From assembly GCA_013265495.1 (NCBI GenBank), contig MU061579.1:4773146-4837145 (forward strand): a stretch of 64,000 bases of DNA, read 5' to 3'. This stretch comes from Vicugna vicugna (lineage: Eukaryota). The notes below the pieces were generated by a model. It was not told where the DNA came from. It was given only the letters and a program-made list of their open reading frames with translations, and did no database searches. Positions within the stretch are counted from its first letter, which is position 1; each line of letters begins with the position of its first letter. Made by a program: the position numbers and the translations under genes. Positions 13,721 through 28,642 of the stretch are shown here, piece after piece.

Positions 13721-14559
13721 ACATTAATTGGGCTTCCCACATAAAGCACTGAGCTTCGTAAATAATGTGAAGATATTGGAATCCCTTAAATTGAGACTCA
13801 TACTTTGGTCATTTACCTGTGATGATACCAAATTGAGGCAGTATTGGGGAAAAAATACTGAAGAATCTAACTACCTACTTTTACATTTCAAGACACTCAA
13901 AAAATCAATACATTAATTTCTGAGGAAGACTTTCAATGACTACACTGTTTTGCCAATGGAAGCAGACTATCAGGTGTATTATTAGATTAAAAGATAATTT
14001 TCAATCTGTTAAATTTCAAATCACATATAAAAATGACCATGAAATAATCTGCTTTCTCTTGCAAAGGACTTCAGAGAAAGATACAGTAGAACTTTAAGAT
14101 TCGTATTGGGAGTGACCTACAAATTCAAATTTATATAAATCCCGTGGAATAAAATTCCTGAAAATGGACTTTAAAAAAATATATGTGGACAGTAGAAAGA
14201 GGAAAAAGACCTAATGAGAGGCTGGTCTAGAGGGAGACTGAGGCGGCGGAATTGTAATAGGAAAGAAAACAGAAGCCTAAACACCTCAGCAAAGGCTAGA
14301 AAAATAAGGAAAAGAACACAATAAAACCTCAACAAATTGAGCAAAGGATGTGTAAGAACAGTCTACGCAGGTCACGTGTGCTCTGGAGAGAACATGGAGA
14401 GCTGGTAGGTAGCGATGTATATTTTAAAGAGAGTCCAGGACCTGGTTGGCTTTTCAGACGATGCACTTGGTGGAGCAACACCAAGTATAGAAGCCATAAT
14501 TTTACACCAAATAATGGCATAAAAGGTGAACTTAATGTCTGAGGACATGGATGGGCTGG

Positions 14560-14645
14560 CATCTTGACAATGCCAAACTGGAGCTGTATCCTTAGGCAAA
14601 TTTAAGGTTCAGTTTCTGCCTCTGAACATGAGAATTCTGCAGCAG
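14560..14645 (+). mobile_element. MIR fragment
   Basis: 'ctgtatccttaggcaaattt...cagtttctgcctctgaacatgagaat' matches the MIR core. Confidence 0.5.
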
Positions 14646-17600
14646 GTATCTTAAGAAATCGGTATGCTTGCAGGTGCACACTTTCATTTCCATTACCATC
14701 TGAAAGTGACTTCTGGCACACAATGGAATAAAGTCTTCTCCCAAAACCTGGTCTAATTTATTAATATTTCTGACTTGATGTATCTATAAATATAGTTAGT
14801 ACGTAACTGGGTAAAATAAGCCAGACTGCACAAGTAAAAAATACTTTTAGAAAGAGTAACCTTTAGAGAATGTGAATAAAAATAACAGCTAAGATTGGAT
14901 ATCTGCAATGTTATTTGTAAAGAAAGGACTGTTTAGAAGCAAACATACTTCCCAAGTACCTAAAAAAAAGTAGAGTACATTCTCAGCAAGATTTCACTGG
15001 TAGGTGACACAACAAATTAATGCTAAACTACATTTTGGTATTTAAATATTCCTAAAGTACTGTTCGTTTATGTATTATACATAGCATTCAGGGGAAAAAA
15101 AAAAGCCAGACATTAGCTTTTGCCATTATTGATTTTGTTTGTTGCAGTTCTGAGTCACACTGAATTTAACAGATTTTCTTATTTTAGTTCTTAGAAAGAA
15201 ATACTCTTTTTAGATTTTGGCTACTTATACTTTCATTTCCATAGTTTTTGTAATATGTTACTCAAACACAATCTATTTCTATACCCTGATTTCTTTCATT
15301 TCATTCAATTATTTGTATTATTTACTATTTTGATCTTTTTAGAAATCTTAGTATCTCTGGGACAGAGGTGTCTTGGTTTACAGATACTAATAGTCTGGTC
15401 AAGAAAGATATCTCTGATTGGAAAAATGAAATCAACATCCTTGTATATATTTCAAACTTTTATATATTTGATTTTGAGATTTTACTGTCAGAGCCTTATC
15501 TGGACAAAAATTAAAAACGTAAATCATTTGTGGACCCACAGAACTGAAGATTGGACTCTAAATATAGTAACCTAACTAGAATGTTCATTTCTCAGATATC
15601 TGGTACTAAGTTTTGAGTCTTTTTTTAATTAAATGTGCATATTCAACATTTGTGCAGAGCTTCAATCTGACTGGTACTTACCACTTGGCTTGTACTGGGT
15701 ACTACCGTCAATGTCTTTGCTAATTGAGCCAGAGTCTAATCTGATTGGCTGGGGCTTCTATCCTTTAAATTGCTGAAGATCATGGAGATTTCCCACTTAA
15801 AGATGTTAGATTGTAAATAAGATTTCTAAGGGCATGATTCATATTTTTTTCTTATATTTTTATATAACATGTAGTATATCCTATATAAATAATTACTTAC
15901 AATATTTTACTGTTTTTTGAATGAGTGAATGCGTTTATTAAAATTATTTGTATGCTAAGTGTCTTAATGGTAGAAAATGATTCTAAGGCAATCTTATTTT
16001 ATATTTTAGATCCATGTGCAGAAGCATAAACTTACTTGAAAATGTTAGATGTAGTCTCAATTTATATTCTCTGCACCTTTTGGTCTATGTATCAGGATAT
16101 AGCAATCATAGGTTTGTTTTTGCTTTTGTTTTTCTGATGTTATGTACTTGGTCAAAGAGGTTAGATATGCCCACTCCTTCTCTATTCTTAACATCAAACA
16201 CAGTGTATCATCGTATATGAGACACGTTTTCTCAGCCATGGCTTTCTGTCTGCTTTAGGAGGAAGTATTCCCTGCTTCTGGCCTTACAGCCTTTTGGAAG
16301 ATTACTAAATTCCAGAAAACTACAAAAATCAGTTGTAGGTAGGAAAATAAGTTTTCTCAAATGCACACATTGATCAATTCACTTGAGAATGCCCATGTTG
16401 GTTCAAATATGTGTTACTGAATAATTCTATATACATTTTTGGTAGATGTTACCCTATCTATTTCTGAATGAAATCTCTCAAGGTCAAGGAGAGTTGTTCA
16501 AGAACTTGCAGAAGGCAAAGAGAAACAAGGGAGTGGTAGTACAATAAACAGATTTCTTCCCATAACATTATTTTTCAAAGGCCTCTGTTTATACAGAATC
16601 AACATGTCATCTACACTCACTGTATGTAAAAGCACAGTGTGTTTTTAACTAGAAGCATTGAACACAAATATATCGTTTTCTTGAAAATCCAACACGGAAA
16701 CTCTGATGATATTTAGGACTTTTCAAGCCCTTTGTTGTTCTTTGTATTTCACATTAAGAAATATTTATAATTATATAGAGTATTTTCCTTTGAAATCTTA
16801 TAATCTAACTGCTTTTCCTTCTTACTGTTGCTTTTATTCACAGTCTTGCACACAACAGCAAAATTACTTTCATCTAAATGGAAATTCAAAATCAAAACTG
16901 CAGTTTTCAATCTATTTAAAGACTTCTGATTTTCTATTACTATTTAAAAGGTCAAATTAACTTTAAACTTGCGTTTAATAATATACCTATAGTGCTGATA
17001 TCTGACATTATAAAATTGCAGAAAAAATAAGACTTAAGTAATTAAATAAGTGGAAAGGTCAATAAAATATTAATAAAACAAACTAAAACTTCAAAGTTTA
17101 AAAAATAACTCAATTAGAAAATGATACACTTTATGAAAAATTCTTTAAATCTGTTAACTGAAATACCGGATTGATCTAGTTACTTGCTTTAACTGCTTAC
17201 TGAATCCCTTTATAACAAATACGAGAAAGAACATTTTAATTTAAAATATATCCCTAAAATTTTAAACTCCTCAAATAATGGAATATTTTTATAACCTCTG
17301 TTTCACCATTCAAACAGAAAATTTCAGAATCTTTATGTAAAATAAAAATAAAATATTAGTGATTTATTAAACATTAACTGTATTACTTGGTTACAAATTA
17401 GTATTTCCATTAATTTATCTTCCCTAATTTGTCTAAGTTTTGCAGTTAATATTGTAATGTATGTCACAAAGACTTTGTAACTTGTTCACTTTCTACTCTA
17501 CACATCCTTACATTTGTGAACATTTTCTATACTTTTTTGCTGTGTACAAACTAGTCAGTTATTTCAAAGCTCATATTTTTCCTACTACAAAGACATCCAA

Positions 17601-18009
17601 CTGCATTCAGCAAACAGAATCATCATTGTTTTTTAGCCTCTACTTCTGGAGCTGGAAGCTCCTTTGTTCAAGTGACCACAGGTTCCAGCATCACCAAATA
17701 TTTTAAATGTCACTCTAAAATGGTAATTGTTTTTTCCAGCCTATGATTACAACTTCTTCTCTGGTCACCAACTAGCCACTTTGTCAATGTCTCATATTTT
17801 AGATCACACAGTTAGTTATTTTACTGAGGAATAACTTTTGCAAAGACTCTGTGAGAGGGAAGGAATATGCTACATATATCTCCATTACATGGAGAAAAAG
17901 AAATCAAGTGTGGCTATGAGGCAAAAAGAGGGTGTCAAAATGGATATTGTGTTAAGGGTTTTCATCTTTGTCTCTAGAGTAAAATAAAGCTATTGAAGGA
18001 CTATAATAG

Positions 18010-18560
18010 TGAAAAAAAAAAGAATACGACACTTACGAATAAATTTAAACAAAGAGACAAAAGACTTGTACACTGAAAATAACAAAACTTTGCTGGAAGA
18101 AATTAAAGAAGACACAAGTAAATGGAAAGACATCCATATTCATGAATTGGAAGACAATATTGGTAAGATGGCAATACTATCCAAAGCGATCGACAAATTC
18201 AATACAATCCCTATCACAAATCCAACAACATTTTTTCTGCAGAAATAGAAAAATCCATTCCAAAATTTACATGGAAGCTAAGGGCGGCTGAATAGCCAAA
18301 ATAATACTGAAAAAGGAGAACGAAGTTTGATGTCTCATTCTTCCCGATTTCAAAATTTAATACAAAGGCATAGTGATCTAGTGTTGTACTGGCATTAAGC
18401 CAGACATATAGGCCAACAGAGTAGAACAGAGAGCCCAGAAATAAACCACTGCAATTGGCCAAATGATTTTCAGCAAGGTGTGAAGGCCATTCAAAGGACA
18501 AGGGGTAGTCTGTTCAACAAATGGTGCTGGGAAAACTGGATAGCCACATGCAAAAAATTA
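18010..18560 (+). mobile_element. L1 ORF2 fragment (old L1M), decayed
   Basis: ORF 18009-18248 gives L1 ORF2-like residues (LRINLNKETKDLYTENNKTLLEEIKEDTSKWKDI...KMAILSKAIDKFNTIPI). Continues with frameshifts to 'ctgttcaacaaatggtgctgggaaaactggatagccacatgc' (LFNKWCWENWIATC). Confidence 0.9.
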
Positions 18561-18714
18561 AGTCTTTTAAATGGTAAATTTTATGTTATATATATTTAAC
18601 CATAATTTTAAAAAATGGGAACAACCTATCTTATCTTCCTTACTTCTAAGTAATTATTCATAACTCAAATTTTTCAGAAAGAATGCTCTGAAAAACCCTT
18701 AAGTTAATTTTTAA

Positions 18715-18897
18715 ATCACTTTTTAAAAGTATAATTGATGTGCAAAAAGCTGTACTTATTTAATATATACAACATGATGAGTTTGTATATAAAGTATACC
18801 TCTATAAAACTATCATCACAGTCTATGTAATAAACATATTCATCACCCCCAAAATTTTCTTCCTGCCCTCATTACTTGTCATTATTATTAGTGTTTA

Positions 18898-18932
<35 letters not shown>

Positions 18933-19170
18933 AAGAGAGCAAGAGGGAGAAAGGCATTTAATATAAGATCCAATTTCTTAGCAAGTTTTTAAGTACAATA
19001 ATGTGGTGTTATTAACTATAAACACTATGCTGTACATTTGTAGATATCAAGGACCTATTTATCTTGCATGACTGAAACTTTGTACCTTTTGATTAGTACC
19101 TTCTTGTTTCTCCATCCCCCACCCTTGGCAACCACCATTTCACTCACTGCTTCTATGAGTTTGACCATTT
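18715..19170 (-). mobile_element. L1MA/MB-type 3' UTR fragment
   Basis: Reverse-oriented L1 3' UTR motifs: 'gtataattgatgtgcaaaaagctgtacttatttaat', 'actgaaactttgtaccttttga', 'ccacccttggcaaccaccatt...ctgcttctatgagtttgac'. Confidence 0.8.
18898..18940. repeat. Compound (TG)11(AG)n microsatellite inside the L1 fragment
   Basis: Read directly from the sequence. Confidence 0.95.
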
Positions 19171-20261
19171 CCATTTCTCTCGCCACACTCAGAATTTATG
19201 TCAAAATATATGTACAATTGAGTTATTTTCATTTATTTTGTAGTCATGGTTTTTATTAGTGATTTTATAAGTTCCACCTTTCCAAAATGATTCTTAAAAT
19301 ACTCAGGCAAAAAGATGCATGTGCATATGTATATGTGGACCCCCCATGAGTACGCATGCATATACACACAGTAATGTTTAAGAAATTCAAGTCAGAAAGA
19401 GTGGTTTTGATTGACTGATTAATTCATTTTTATATATAGCTACTGTATATTTTTGATAAATAATAGCATATCCCTTTTATAGAATCCTCGATTATTTAAT
19501 GCAAATCTGGAAAAAAATGTTTTTCAGCATCTGAAGCCAAACGCATGCTTTTCATAACAAAGGAGGAGTGAACTTGCCCTCAGACCAAATGGCATTGAAA
19601 TATAACATATTTTAAGAATCAAGGTCACTGCTATCACTTGCTGGTTAGTTTCTCCATTCAGCCCTATAAAATGTCAGTTTATGAAATGGAGTTGCTAAAA
19701 ATGGACAATGAGAATCTAACAACCAGAAAGCAAGGTTTAGGGCTGTTGAGTGTAGTTCATTAGGGAGAGCAACTCTGAATATTTTCAAAGGCAATTATTT
19801 ATATTTGGAGAAGATTAAATTTTATTCATCCATCATGATGATACAGCAGAAAATTTGTATTTAATTTTAGAAACGTTATTTAAGAAATTGCATATTTTAA
19901 AAAGATTATGATTTAAAAATTTAAGCTTCCCTACTTACAAAATTGTACTTATCCCAGAAATAGTCATGCATATATGATGCCAGGTATGCCATATGTTTTC
20001 CTATTTCACTCTGCATGTTTTAGTTTAATCCTTTGGGTGCAAATTCAAAGTTAAACATATAAACAAGTGAAAAAAATTAACTTCAGTTAGGCAAGAAAAA
20101 TCTATGAAACTTTTTAACAGAATTATGTTGGGGTATAATAAACAGTTGAAGGTCATCTGTAAATAAGACCTAACTCCTCATCTGATTCTTGCACATCTTT
20201 GATATAAGCACATTACACAAAAATCAATTAAACAAACAAGAAAAAATATTGTTGAAGTTAG

Positions 20262-20727
20262 GCATTAGACTTCTATTGATGCTCTAACAAATTAACACAA
20301 ACTTAATAGTTTAAAGCAACACAAATCAATTATCATCTTACAATTCTATGAGTTGGAAGTCTGACCTCTGGGTTACAATAATTGTGTCAGTAGGGCTGAA
20401 TTCCTTCCTGGAGGCTCTGTGAGATGCATTTCACTACCTTTTCCAGGTTCTATAGGCTGCCACATTCCTTGGCTAGTGGCCTCCTTCCTCTGTCATTGAA
20501 ACCAGCTGTGTTGAATAGCTCTGTGCATTTATTCAGGTAAGGTCTTGTCTTCCGGAGTCATCTGATAAGGTTGGGCCCACCTGGATAATCCAGGATAATT
20601 TCCCCATCTCAAGGTCCTTACTCAGCACACACTTGCAAAGTTCCTTTTGCCATGTAAGGAAAAACATTCCCAGGTTCCACAAATTAAAATGTGGGCATTT
20701 TAGGGATCTATTATTTTGGCTACCTCA
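20262..20727 (-). mobile_element. MaLR solo LTR (MLT1C-like)
   Basis: 'gctctaacaaattaacacaaacttaatagtttaaagcaac', 'gggcccacctggataatccaggataatttccccatctcaaggtcctta', 'gcaaagttccttttgccatgtaagg'. Confidence 0.85.
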
Positions 20728-21288
20728 ACTTCTTTTCTAAATTCTGTTTTTATGAGAGAAAAAAAAAGATGGATAGTTTGAGAATGGTAATTTTGTTCTG
20801 ATTATGTATATTATATATATAATACAATGCTAGTAGTTTCCCCTTCCATTTTCTAATTCAGTTATTTTGAAGTAAGCAATGGCAAGTGGAGAGTGTATAC
20901 TCCCACACGTGTTACTATGCTGAAACAAACATATAAAAGGGGCATAAAACCACCTCATGCAAAAGAGGATTCTATGATACAGCTATATCAGTGCTTGGTA
21001 TTCTGTTTTCTTGTTTCTTACTCTGCTTTATACTACTTTACACTTTAGTTTGCATTCTGTATTACATTCCCCCCTCCCCCAATTTGTCTATATATGATGA
21101 AACAATCACTGGGATATTATATTGATATAAATCAATCATATCATAAAACATCTCTGATAGAAATTGAATTTGTTCTAGATATTATCAAAAATATCACAAA
21201 TAGCAATAAACATTGCTGTATACATGCTGGTAGGTACTGATGGCATGATCTCTAAAAGTAACATTTCTAAAGCAAAGTCCATGTATAT

Positions 21289-21435
21289 TGTGGTTAATAT
21301 AATTACGCTAAGTAAGGTAGTTGAATACCTGTCCTAGCCCCATCCCGCTTCTCTTCTTTTTTCGTCAAAGGCTTGAAGGCTCAAGAGCTACATTGCCTAG
21401 GCTCGTCCGCACCTAGGATTCCTGATGAAACTATT
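21289..21435 (+). mobile_element. ERVL LTR 5' fragment (LTR33/LTR16-like)
   Basis: 'gaaggctcaagagctacattgcctaggctcgtccgcacctaggattcctgatg' resembles the LTR33-type 5' block. Confidence 0.45.
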
Positions 21436-21929
21436 TCATGCGTTTCAATTTTATTATTGATTTGGCCTTCCTATATTTGACAGATGTCTTTTGCAATATT
21501 TTCTATTTCTTTAAAAGCGGTAAATTATTCCTTTTTAAGTCTTTTCTATATAATGAAAACAATTAAAATTATCAATTTTCATTCTTTAAAATTTCAGCTG
21601 TGTCCAGAGAACATAAATTTTATTTTTATCAGACTATTGTCAGAAAACAAAATCTGACTTAAACTATAACATGAAACTATTCCAAGAAAGAAAGGATTTT
21701 TGTGAGGTTTTTTTTGTAACACACTCCTCTATATTTTGTATCTATTTCTTATTTTTATTAAATGTACTTAGAAATTTATATATGTGAACACATTCCCAAA
21801 GATTCAAACCAAAAAATTACATCTGATTATTTCTTTATTGCTTATTTACTTATTAAGCAATAACTTTATCAAGTCAACATATTGTCACCATATCTACCTC
21901 TCAACCAGTAATCATATACACACTCTACC

Positions 21930-22085
21930 CTACTGCTTATATTGTTTATTGTTTTCTCTCCCTGAATGGAACAAATGGTCCATTGGAGCAGAGGGTTTTG
22001 ATTACAGATATGGCTTAAACATATAGATATGTGCCTGGCACTTGGCTGTGGCTCAGTACCATTTGCTGAATGCATGGACTGATGG
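21930..22085 (+). mobile_element. L2 3' end fragment
   Basis: 'tgtgcctggcacttggctgtggctcagtaccatttgctgaatgcatgga' resembles the L2 terminus. Confidence 0.6.
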
Positions 22086-22725
22086 AGCGCCTACTGTATA
22101 TCAGGCACTGTTCTAGGTTCTTGAGCTGCATCTGTGAAGAAAACAAAGATTCTTGTGGGACTTACAGTTTGTGGGGTGAAGAAAACCATACAGCCAATGA
22201 ACAATAGTCATAAAATTAATGAAGTTATATAGAATAGTAAAAGATGATAACTACTAGGGAAAAGAAAGAGCATGAGAAGGACAAAAGAAAGCTGGAGTAA
22301 CTGGCTAGGAAAAGGGGTTGCAGAAATAGTAGTTTTTTTGTTGTTTGCTTGTATGCTTTTATAGTGGTCATGGTAGGATGTATTAAGAAGGAAATGATTA
22401 AGCAAAGTCTTAGAGGTAAATGAGTGAACCATGAGGATAGAAGAGGAAGAAAAATTTCACACTGAACATACAGACACTTTGGGGAAAGGAGAATTCCCTG
22501 AACAGCGAAGGGTAAAACAGGGATGGACAGGTGATGAAGAGACCAGAGTGGGGAGGAGAGGGTACAACTGATGTGGGCTCAGAGACCAGAGAATGAACCT
22601 TGTTTTATTTTGAGTGAAATGGAAAGATTTGGGGAATTTTGAGCGGAAAAGTGTTACGTAGTTTACATTTGAAAGAGATCCTTCTGATTGGTGTGTTGAA
22701 AGTAAATAGTATGATGGTGAATTTA
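22086..22725 (-). mobile_element. L2 fragment
   Basis: 'gagcgcctactgtatatcaggcactgttctagg', 'ttttattttgagtgaaatggaaag...ttttgagcggaaaagtg'. Confidence 0.7.
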
Positions 22726-25700
22726 AAAGCCAAGAGTGCTTAACATTTTACTAAGACCAATCAACTGGGACATTCAGGCATCACTGAGCAATAACAATAT
22801 GTCACTTAATATCGAGCCTTTGAGAGTATAAATTTTAGAGACTGCCTACATAAACTGTTTCTTATGTATCAGGAAAGCAGAATTAAACTGTCTTTATAAA
22901 ATAAGAAGTACATATTTTAAAGTAAATACCAGCATACGTACATACTTTCATTTGTGGTTTATTTAATCTGTAATAAATGTGGCCCTTTTTCTTTTCTGTT
23001 TCTCGGTGGTAGATGTCCAGTGTCTTTTGCATCTAGTATTCAGGCAAATTTATTAATATGCCTTTTTCTCAGGTCCTCTAGAAAGTTGCTCAGAATCTAT
23101 CCAGAATATATCCTGTACACCTAACAGAAGTCATTAGAAGCTCATGGTCAGTGAGGAATAATTGTTCAGTTTTTAAATGGGGTGCCCCTAAATTGAGCAC
23201 AATGCTTTCTCACAAGAGCCGAGGAAAATAAGACAATTTCCTCTTATGAATAGAAATGAATATAGATTCAATTTGTTTATTAAATATCCACAATATGAAA
23301 GTATCAATTGAGTACACATAACCTGAACAAAAAATGGTCCATCAAACATATTGTTTTTATAGAACACATTTTATAAAGATATGTTGATGGTTTTGACTCA
23401 CATTTTTGATGCCTGAAATGCTTTTTCAATAAAGGTTGTTCAAATATATTCATGATACCCTGCAATAATTGTAATAGCATTTAGCAATTTTACTGGTCTC
23501 TCACCACTCCCACCTCAGGGAAGGGGTAGCAGGCTGCAGTCCAGTGATGTATATAAAGACAAATCTAGGATGAGTTGTCTCCTTGACCCTTTCCAATGAA
23601 GTACAGTAATAATAATTACTTTGATCTTAATATTAATGTTCTTTTCAGCCTACATAACTCACAGAAATGCAGTGTAAAAATTTCTAAAACACTATGGGCA
23701 AATCTCTTTTCTTGGCCCCTATAAACTGCAAAAGCTGAGCCATTAAATATTATTGCCAAAGTCACCTCTTCATACAAAATATGAATGAAATAAAAGACAA
23801 ATTTGTTTTCATAGCATTAGTGTATCTTTGGTATTTCTCTAAGTTTATTGATGGCATCACTAATGAAACAGTGTTAAAGAATAAGACACTCGAGTCTCTC
23901 ATATTTTTGAATGAGAAAAAAATGCAGGTCCCAGAGATCACAGAAAACCAAAATGGTCTAAATGCACACAAATCGCTGCACAAACCATGTTTGTGATCCC
24001 TGTTCTCATGCATAACCTGTGCCCATAAATTTCCAATCCTTTACTGGTATGCACAACTCAATATTTGACAAGTGAGTCTCTTCTATGACAGTTAATCTCC
24101 TTACTCATTTATTTTTCCCAGAATTTGAACATATTATTGAAGTTTTAAGTGCTAAGTTCTTGAAATGACTTCTTTTATTTCAACATATTTCTAAAAGGAT
24201 TTTGGCAAGCATGCTAGCTTTAGTTGATGTCTAAAACATAGCATAATGGTCTTGCTGACTTGGAAAATATTTCCTTAGGTACACTTTAGAAAATCATTTT
24301 ACTGTTAATCTAATTGGCAAAGGAGTATGGTAAAATTTTACATTTATAATGAGATAGGGTAACTGTAAACAATTTTAAGAATAAATACTGTTGTAGTGGT
24401 CCAATGTTTGGCACACCCACTCTAGTGCCTTGAATAGTATGTCTAATAAGCAGATTTATCTGGAAGCACCAATACTCTCTCTCTGCACCTGCCTTTATAC
24501 AGAATACACACACACATGCAGTAACAAAGTATTTTGTTTTTAAAAATTTCAGTTGAACCAGGAAAGAAAGAAAGAAGATAACTCATTTTTCCCAAATTAT
24601 GTGTGTATCTAGGTGTAAAACAAGGATAAGTATTTACTTTAATTTATGTATGAAAATAGTCATATAAAAATGATTTTCAGTAGTTATGAATTCCTTGCCT
24701 GTAAATCACATACATGAAATCCTGTCATTGAATAAAGAGGGTTGAACAGATAGATTAGATAAGACAGAGAATTTCAACCCCTGCACTGTGACAACAATCA
24801 AGATCCTTCTCTTGGTTATTGGACATCAGTGATACATGAGATTTATGCCACAATTTAACTGATTTAAGTTTAATATTACTTATACATCTTTTAAAAATTA
24901 GTGACAGCTTGCTGAGCATTCCTCCTTGGTGCTGATGCAATAGCTCTACAGATAATTGGAAAAATGATTTTAGTAGAATTAATCATATACTGCTGCATTC
25001 AGAAAGAAATATTAAGAAGTACATTTAACTCAATGATCAACAGCATGAATTGTATTAAGGTATTTAAAAGAACATGATAAGAGGAAAACAAATAGCATTT
25101 CTTAGTATTTAAAAATTTGAACTGCATATTTAAAGAGATTCTTATATCTGTATATTTCATGAAACTTCTTGTTTCTGTGTTGAAATACTGCTCTTTATTA
25201 CACAGAATCCACAGGATATTGTGTTTTCCTAGGCTATACTGATTTAGGAGACTTGGGGAGGGGGTTATATACAGAGGCCATAAGTTTAGATCATTTGATT
25301 TGTTTAAAATTTAATAATTATATATTATGGTGTTTAAAATAATATATAATATAATATGTATTAAAGTAATCATAATTTAATAATTATTTATATCTATTTT
25401 TGTCACAAGAACGATATTCTGGGCATAAATACTAGTACCTATGAAGACAGAACTTTTTTTTTTGGTGCAGAAAAGGATGTGTTATTAAAATCTTAGTTTA
25501 AACCTCAGCAAAGTTTTTTTTATAATCACTTTATTTCTTTTCTTTTTATCCTAAATTTTTTCTTAAGAATCAGACAGAATGGTTTTCATCTATTCATCCT
25601 AAAACTTTACATTTTGTTTGCCACCCATTTTCTCTTCAGGTTTATTGCATCATCATTTGTAAAATTAATATGTCCTTCCTATCATTAAAAATGATAAAAT

Positions 25701-26289
25701 GATACAAATATATATGAATATTTATATGTATATGTATGTTGATATATCATACATCCCTCTACACCATAACCACACATTAAGTAACTAGGTCAGTATTTTT
25801 AGATAACTTATGATGAAAATTCCTTTCATCCAAGGCTGTTTTTTAAAAATTTTATCATAACTGATATTAAAAAAAAGATCGGCATAACATATGGTGAGCA
25901 TAGCTAATATTTTTACATAGAATACATTTAATTATTTTAAATAGATGATATAGGCACTATGTTTATAAACATTTGAGACAACTAGTGAGACATTCAACTA
26001 ATTCCTTCAATATCTGTCTGCTCATAGAAGTTGCTACATTTGTTGATTGAGATTTTGACTTTGAGAAATAGAGTAACTAACAGCTGAAGGAAAAGTATAT
26101 AGTCTTGGCGCTTAGTGATCATAATGATACCTCAATGACTGCTTCTGCTTTGCTCACTCTTTTAAGTCAGGGTGGGGTTCAATATTTTCTAGACCAACTA
26201 AGAAAAGTGAATGATAATTATTTGTATATAAGATCCTACCATGAAAAAAAAAGCAAATTTATGAGAGTTTACTATGCTACAAGAGCTTT

Positions 26290-26460
26290 ATAGAATTTAC
26301 TCTCTCCTCTTACTCGTAACATTTGCACTGTGAGACATACATTATTAGAAATTTGGAAAAGAGAAATTTGAGATTTGATGAAGATCTGTAACTTGTTCAT
26401 GATCTCACAGGAAAAGAAAAAAATGGAATATAAGCTAAAAATTGACTGCTAGCTTTCTTT
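26290..26460 (-). mobile_element. MIR fragment
   Basis: 'gagaaatttgagatttgatgaagatctgtaacttgttcatgatctcacag' resembles reverse MIR core. Confidence 0.5.
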
Positions 26461-27079
26461 ACTCTACTCAGTTATTATGAGTAGCAGCTTTGCTCAGTAA
26501 CTTCACACATATTAAAATGAATATGGAATCAAATATTTCTAGAATTTACCTATAAAATCTCTGCCTACAGACACTTGTCAGTGACCCCTTCAGGGTCTTG
26601 CCCATTACCCTCTCCTATTGAATTTCACTGAAAAAAGATGAAGTAGTACATTTTATCAGAAAAAACAACAAAAAGTAATTTTGGAATATTGCTAGTTAAA
26701 ATATCAAAATTACTCATGCTTGAATTTAAGTTTATCCTTTCTTAATTGGATATGAGATTTTCCCCATTCTCAGTTTTAAATCATTTATCTAAAATAATGA
26801 GATTTAAAACATTTTTCTACAAAAATATAACTTAACTTTCTTAATTATTTTTTACCACTCTGTGTTTGCCAAGGCCAAATTATTCACAGCATGTAAATGT
26901 TCTAGTTTCAAAATAAGAGGTTAAATATTATAAAATAGAACAAGAAACCATCACAGAGAAAAATAATGTTTCTCATTAACCAGAAATTAATATTTTTGAT
27001 TCTGTTATAAATACTTCTACGGTAAATCAAAATAATTACATGCATTTTAAAATAAGTAGTTATATGTAAGTAATTAATA

Positions 27080-27315
27080 ATTAAAGTATTGACATATATA
27101 TATGTTCATATCATCTGAGAGATTGTGATGAGTTCTTTGCATGAATTACTTTATTTAGTCCCTTACCAACAATTTATGAAGATTGTAATAACAGCTAAGG
27201 TTTATATATGATGAACTAATATGAATAGTGATTAATAGTCTAAGAATAAATCTAGTAAGTGGCAGAGTCAATGTTCTAACACATATCTCTGGATTCCAAA
27301 GTCCAATCTTAATCT
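27080..27315 (-). mobile_element. MIR SINE
   Basis: 'ttctttgcatgaattactttatttagtccctt', 'ctagtaagtggcagagtcaatgttctaacacatatctctggattccaaagtcca'. Confidence 0.6.
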
Positions 27316-27659
27316 TTATCTTGAATATATATTGAGAATCTATTCCTACATCTATTAAATGAGAAGCTTGAAATAGTTAATTATTTAGATATCATCCCTC
27401 TCTTATAACCTATGATTCAGTATTGAGTAAATTTAAAAGTATACATATTTTATTTATTTTATCAGTTACTTGGAATTTTACTACATACATAAAATGTTTT
27501 AAAATGATTAAGACAGAGTGATTGCTTTTGCTAATCTCATAATTTTTTCATTGCTATGAACAATGGAGTAAAAATAGGATGACTTTCGAAGAAAGCTGTT
27601 CATTAGTACAGATTCGACCAGCACTGTAAGTAGAAGTTATATCCAGTAGAAAAGGAAAT

Positions 27660-28500
27660 CAAAATAAATTTTAAAATATACAATACCATACACTCTCTGA
27701 AGTTTTATCCATGAATTTTAGGGTCTGTGGTCCATGTAAACAACCCTCGAATGATGTGTGTGCACACAGAGGACATATGTGAGAATACTCATAAACAACG
27801 TTGTTCATGATAGTCTCTTCATTAGGATGTAAGCTAATTATTTTCATTGCTTTATCTCATTTAACTAGAAGAGAGATCTGTATAATCAGATGTTCAACAT
27901 GTATTTTTGAATGACTAAATAATAAATAAGTAGCCCAAAATCCAAACAATTCAAATGCTTATTAACAGGTGGCTATCTATCTAGATACATTGTGATATAT
28001 TCACACAAGTAGAAAAGAATGAACTACAACCCTACTTAAAAAGTAGATTAAGAGTAGATAAACAAAACAGAATAAAAAAAAGCAAGTTTTAAAAAATGGA
28101 AAATAATCTAGTAATACCTTTTAAAAATCTTAAAAACACAAAGAAATTAAAATGTAATTTGGACTGCATGCATTACATTCTTTAGTCCTTTGTCACATCC
28201 TTATTATGACTATTTTAATATCTCAGCTTTACACATGAAGAAGTTAATACATGTAGAGATTTAGACTCTAAGAACACACAATGGAATGATTATCACAATT
28301 TAGGATTAGCGGTTAATTTTGAGAGAGAGGAAAATAGATGAGATTGAAATGGAGCATACAAAGATATGCAATAGCACTGGGGAGGATTCTAATCTTAAGG
28401 TATAGCAATATATGCATGTTAATTTATTATTATGCATGGTAACTAGCATATATTATATTTATTAATTTATACATATTGAAATTATATAACAAAAAGCACT
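27660..28500 (+). mobile_element. Old L1ME-like 3' region interrupted by L2 (about 27815-27925) and MIR (about 28150-28280) pieces
   Basis: L1 blocks 'gtgcacacagaggacatatgtgagaatactcata...ttgttcatgatagtc' resume at 'tagcccaaaatccaaacaattcaaatg' after an L2-like terminus ('tgttcaacatgtatttttgaatgactaaat'). Confidence 0.55.
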
Positions 28501-28642
28501 AAAAATACTTTGCCTTAATATTTCCTTGTCTCATCATATCCTTATGCAGTTGATTTTTCATTTGTAACTGAACCTCTCAAAGGAACAGAATTTAATTTTT
28601 TTTAATTGCAATAAAGTGGAAGTCCTTGTTAATGCAGGAAGT

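Noticed and set aside
14329..14599. Three overlapping ORFs and a GTCACGTG E-box
   Set aside because: Local GC increase explains the open frames. No recognisable protein, and the 3' part runs into a MIR.
16259..16338. Candidate 80-nt plus-strand exon (ttag|GAGGAAG...GTAG|gtagga)
   Set aside because: Splice signals are moderate and neither open frame is recognisable. Such AG/GT pairs are frequent by chance.
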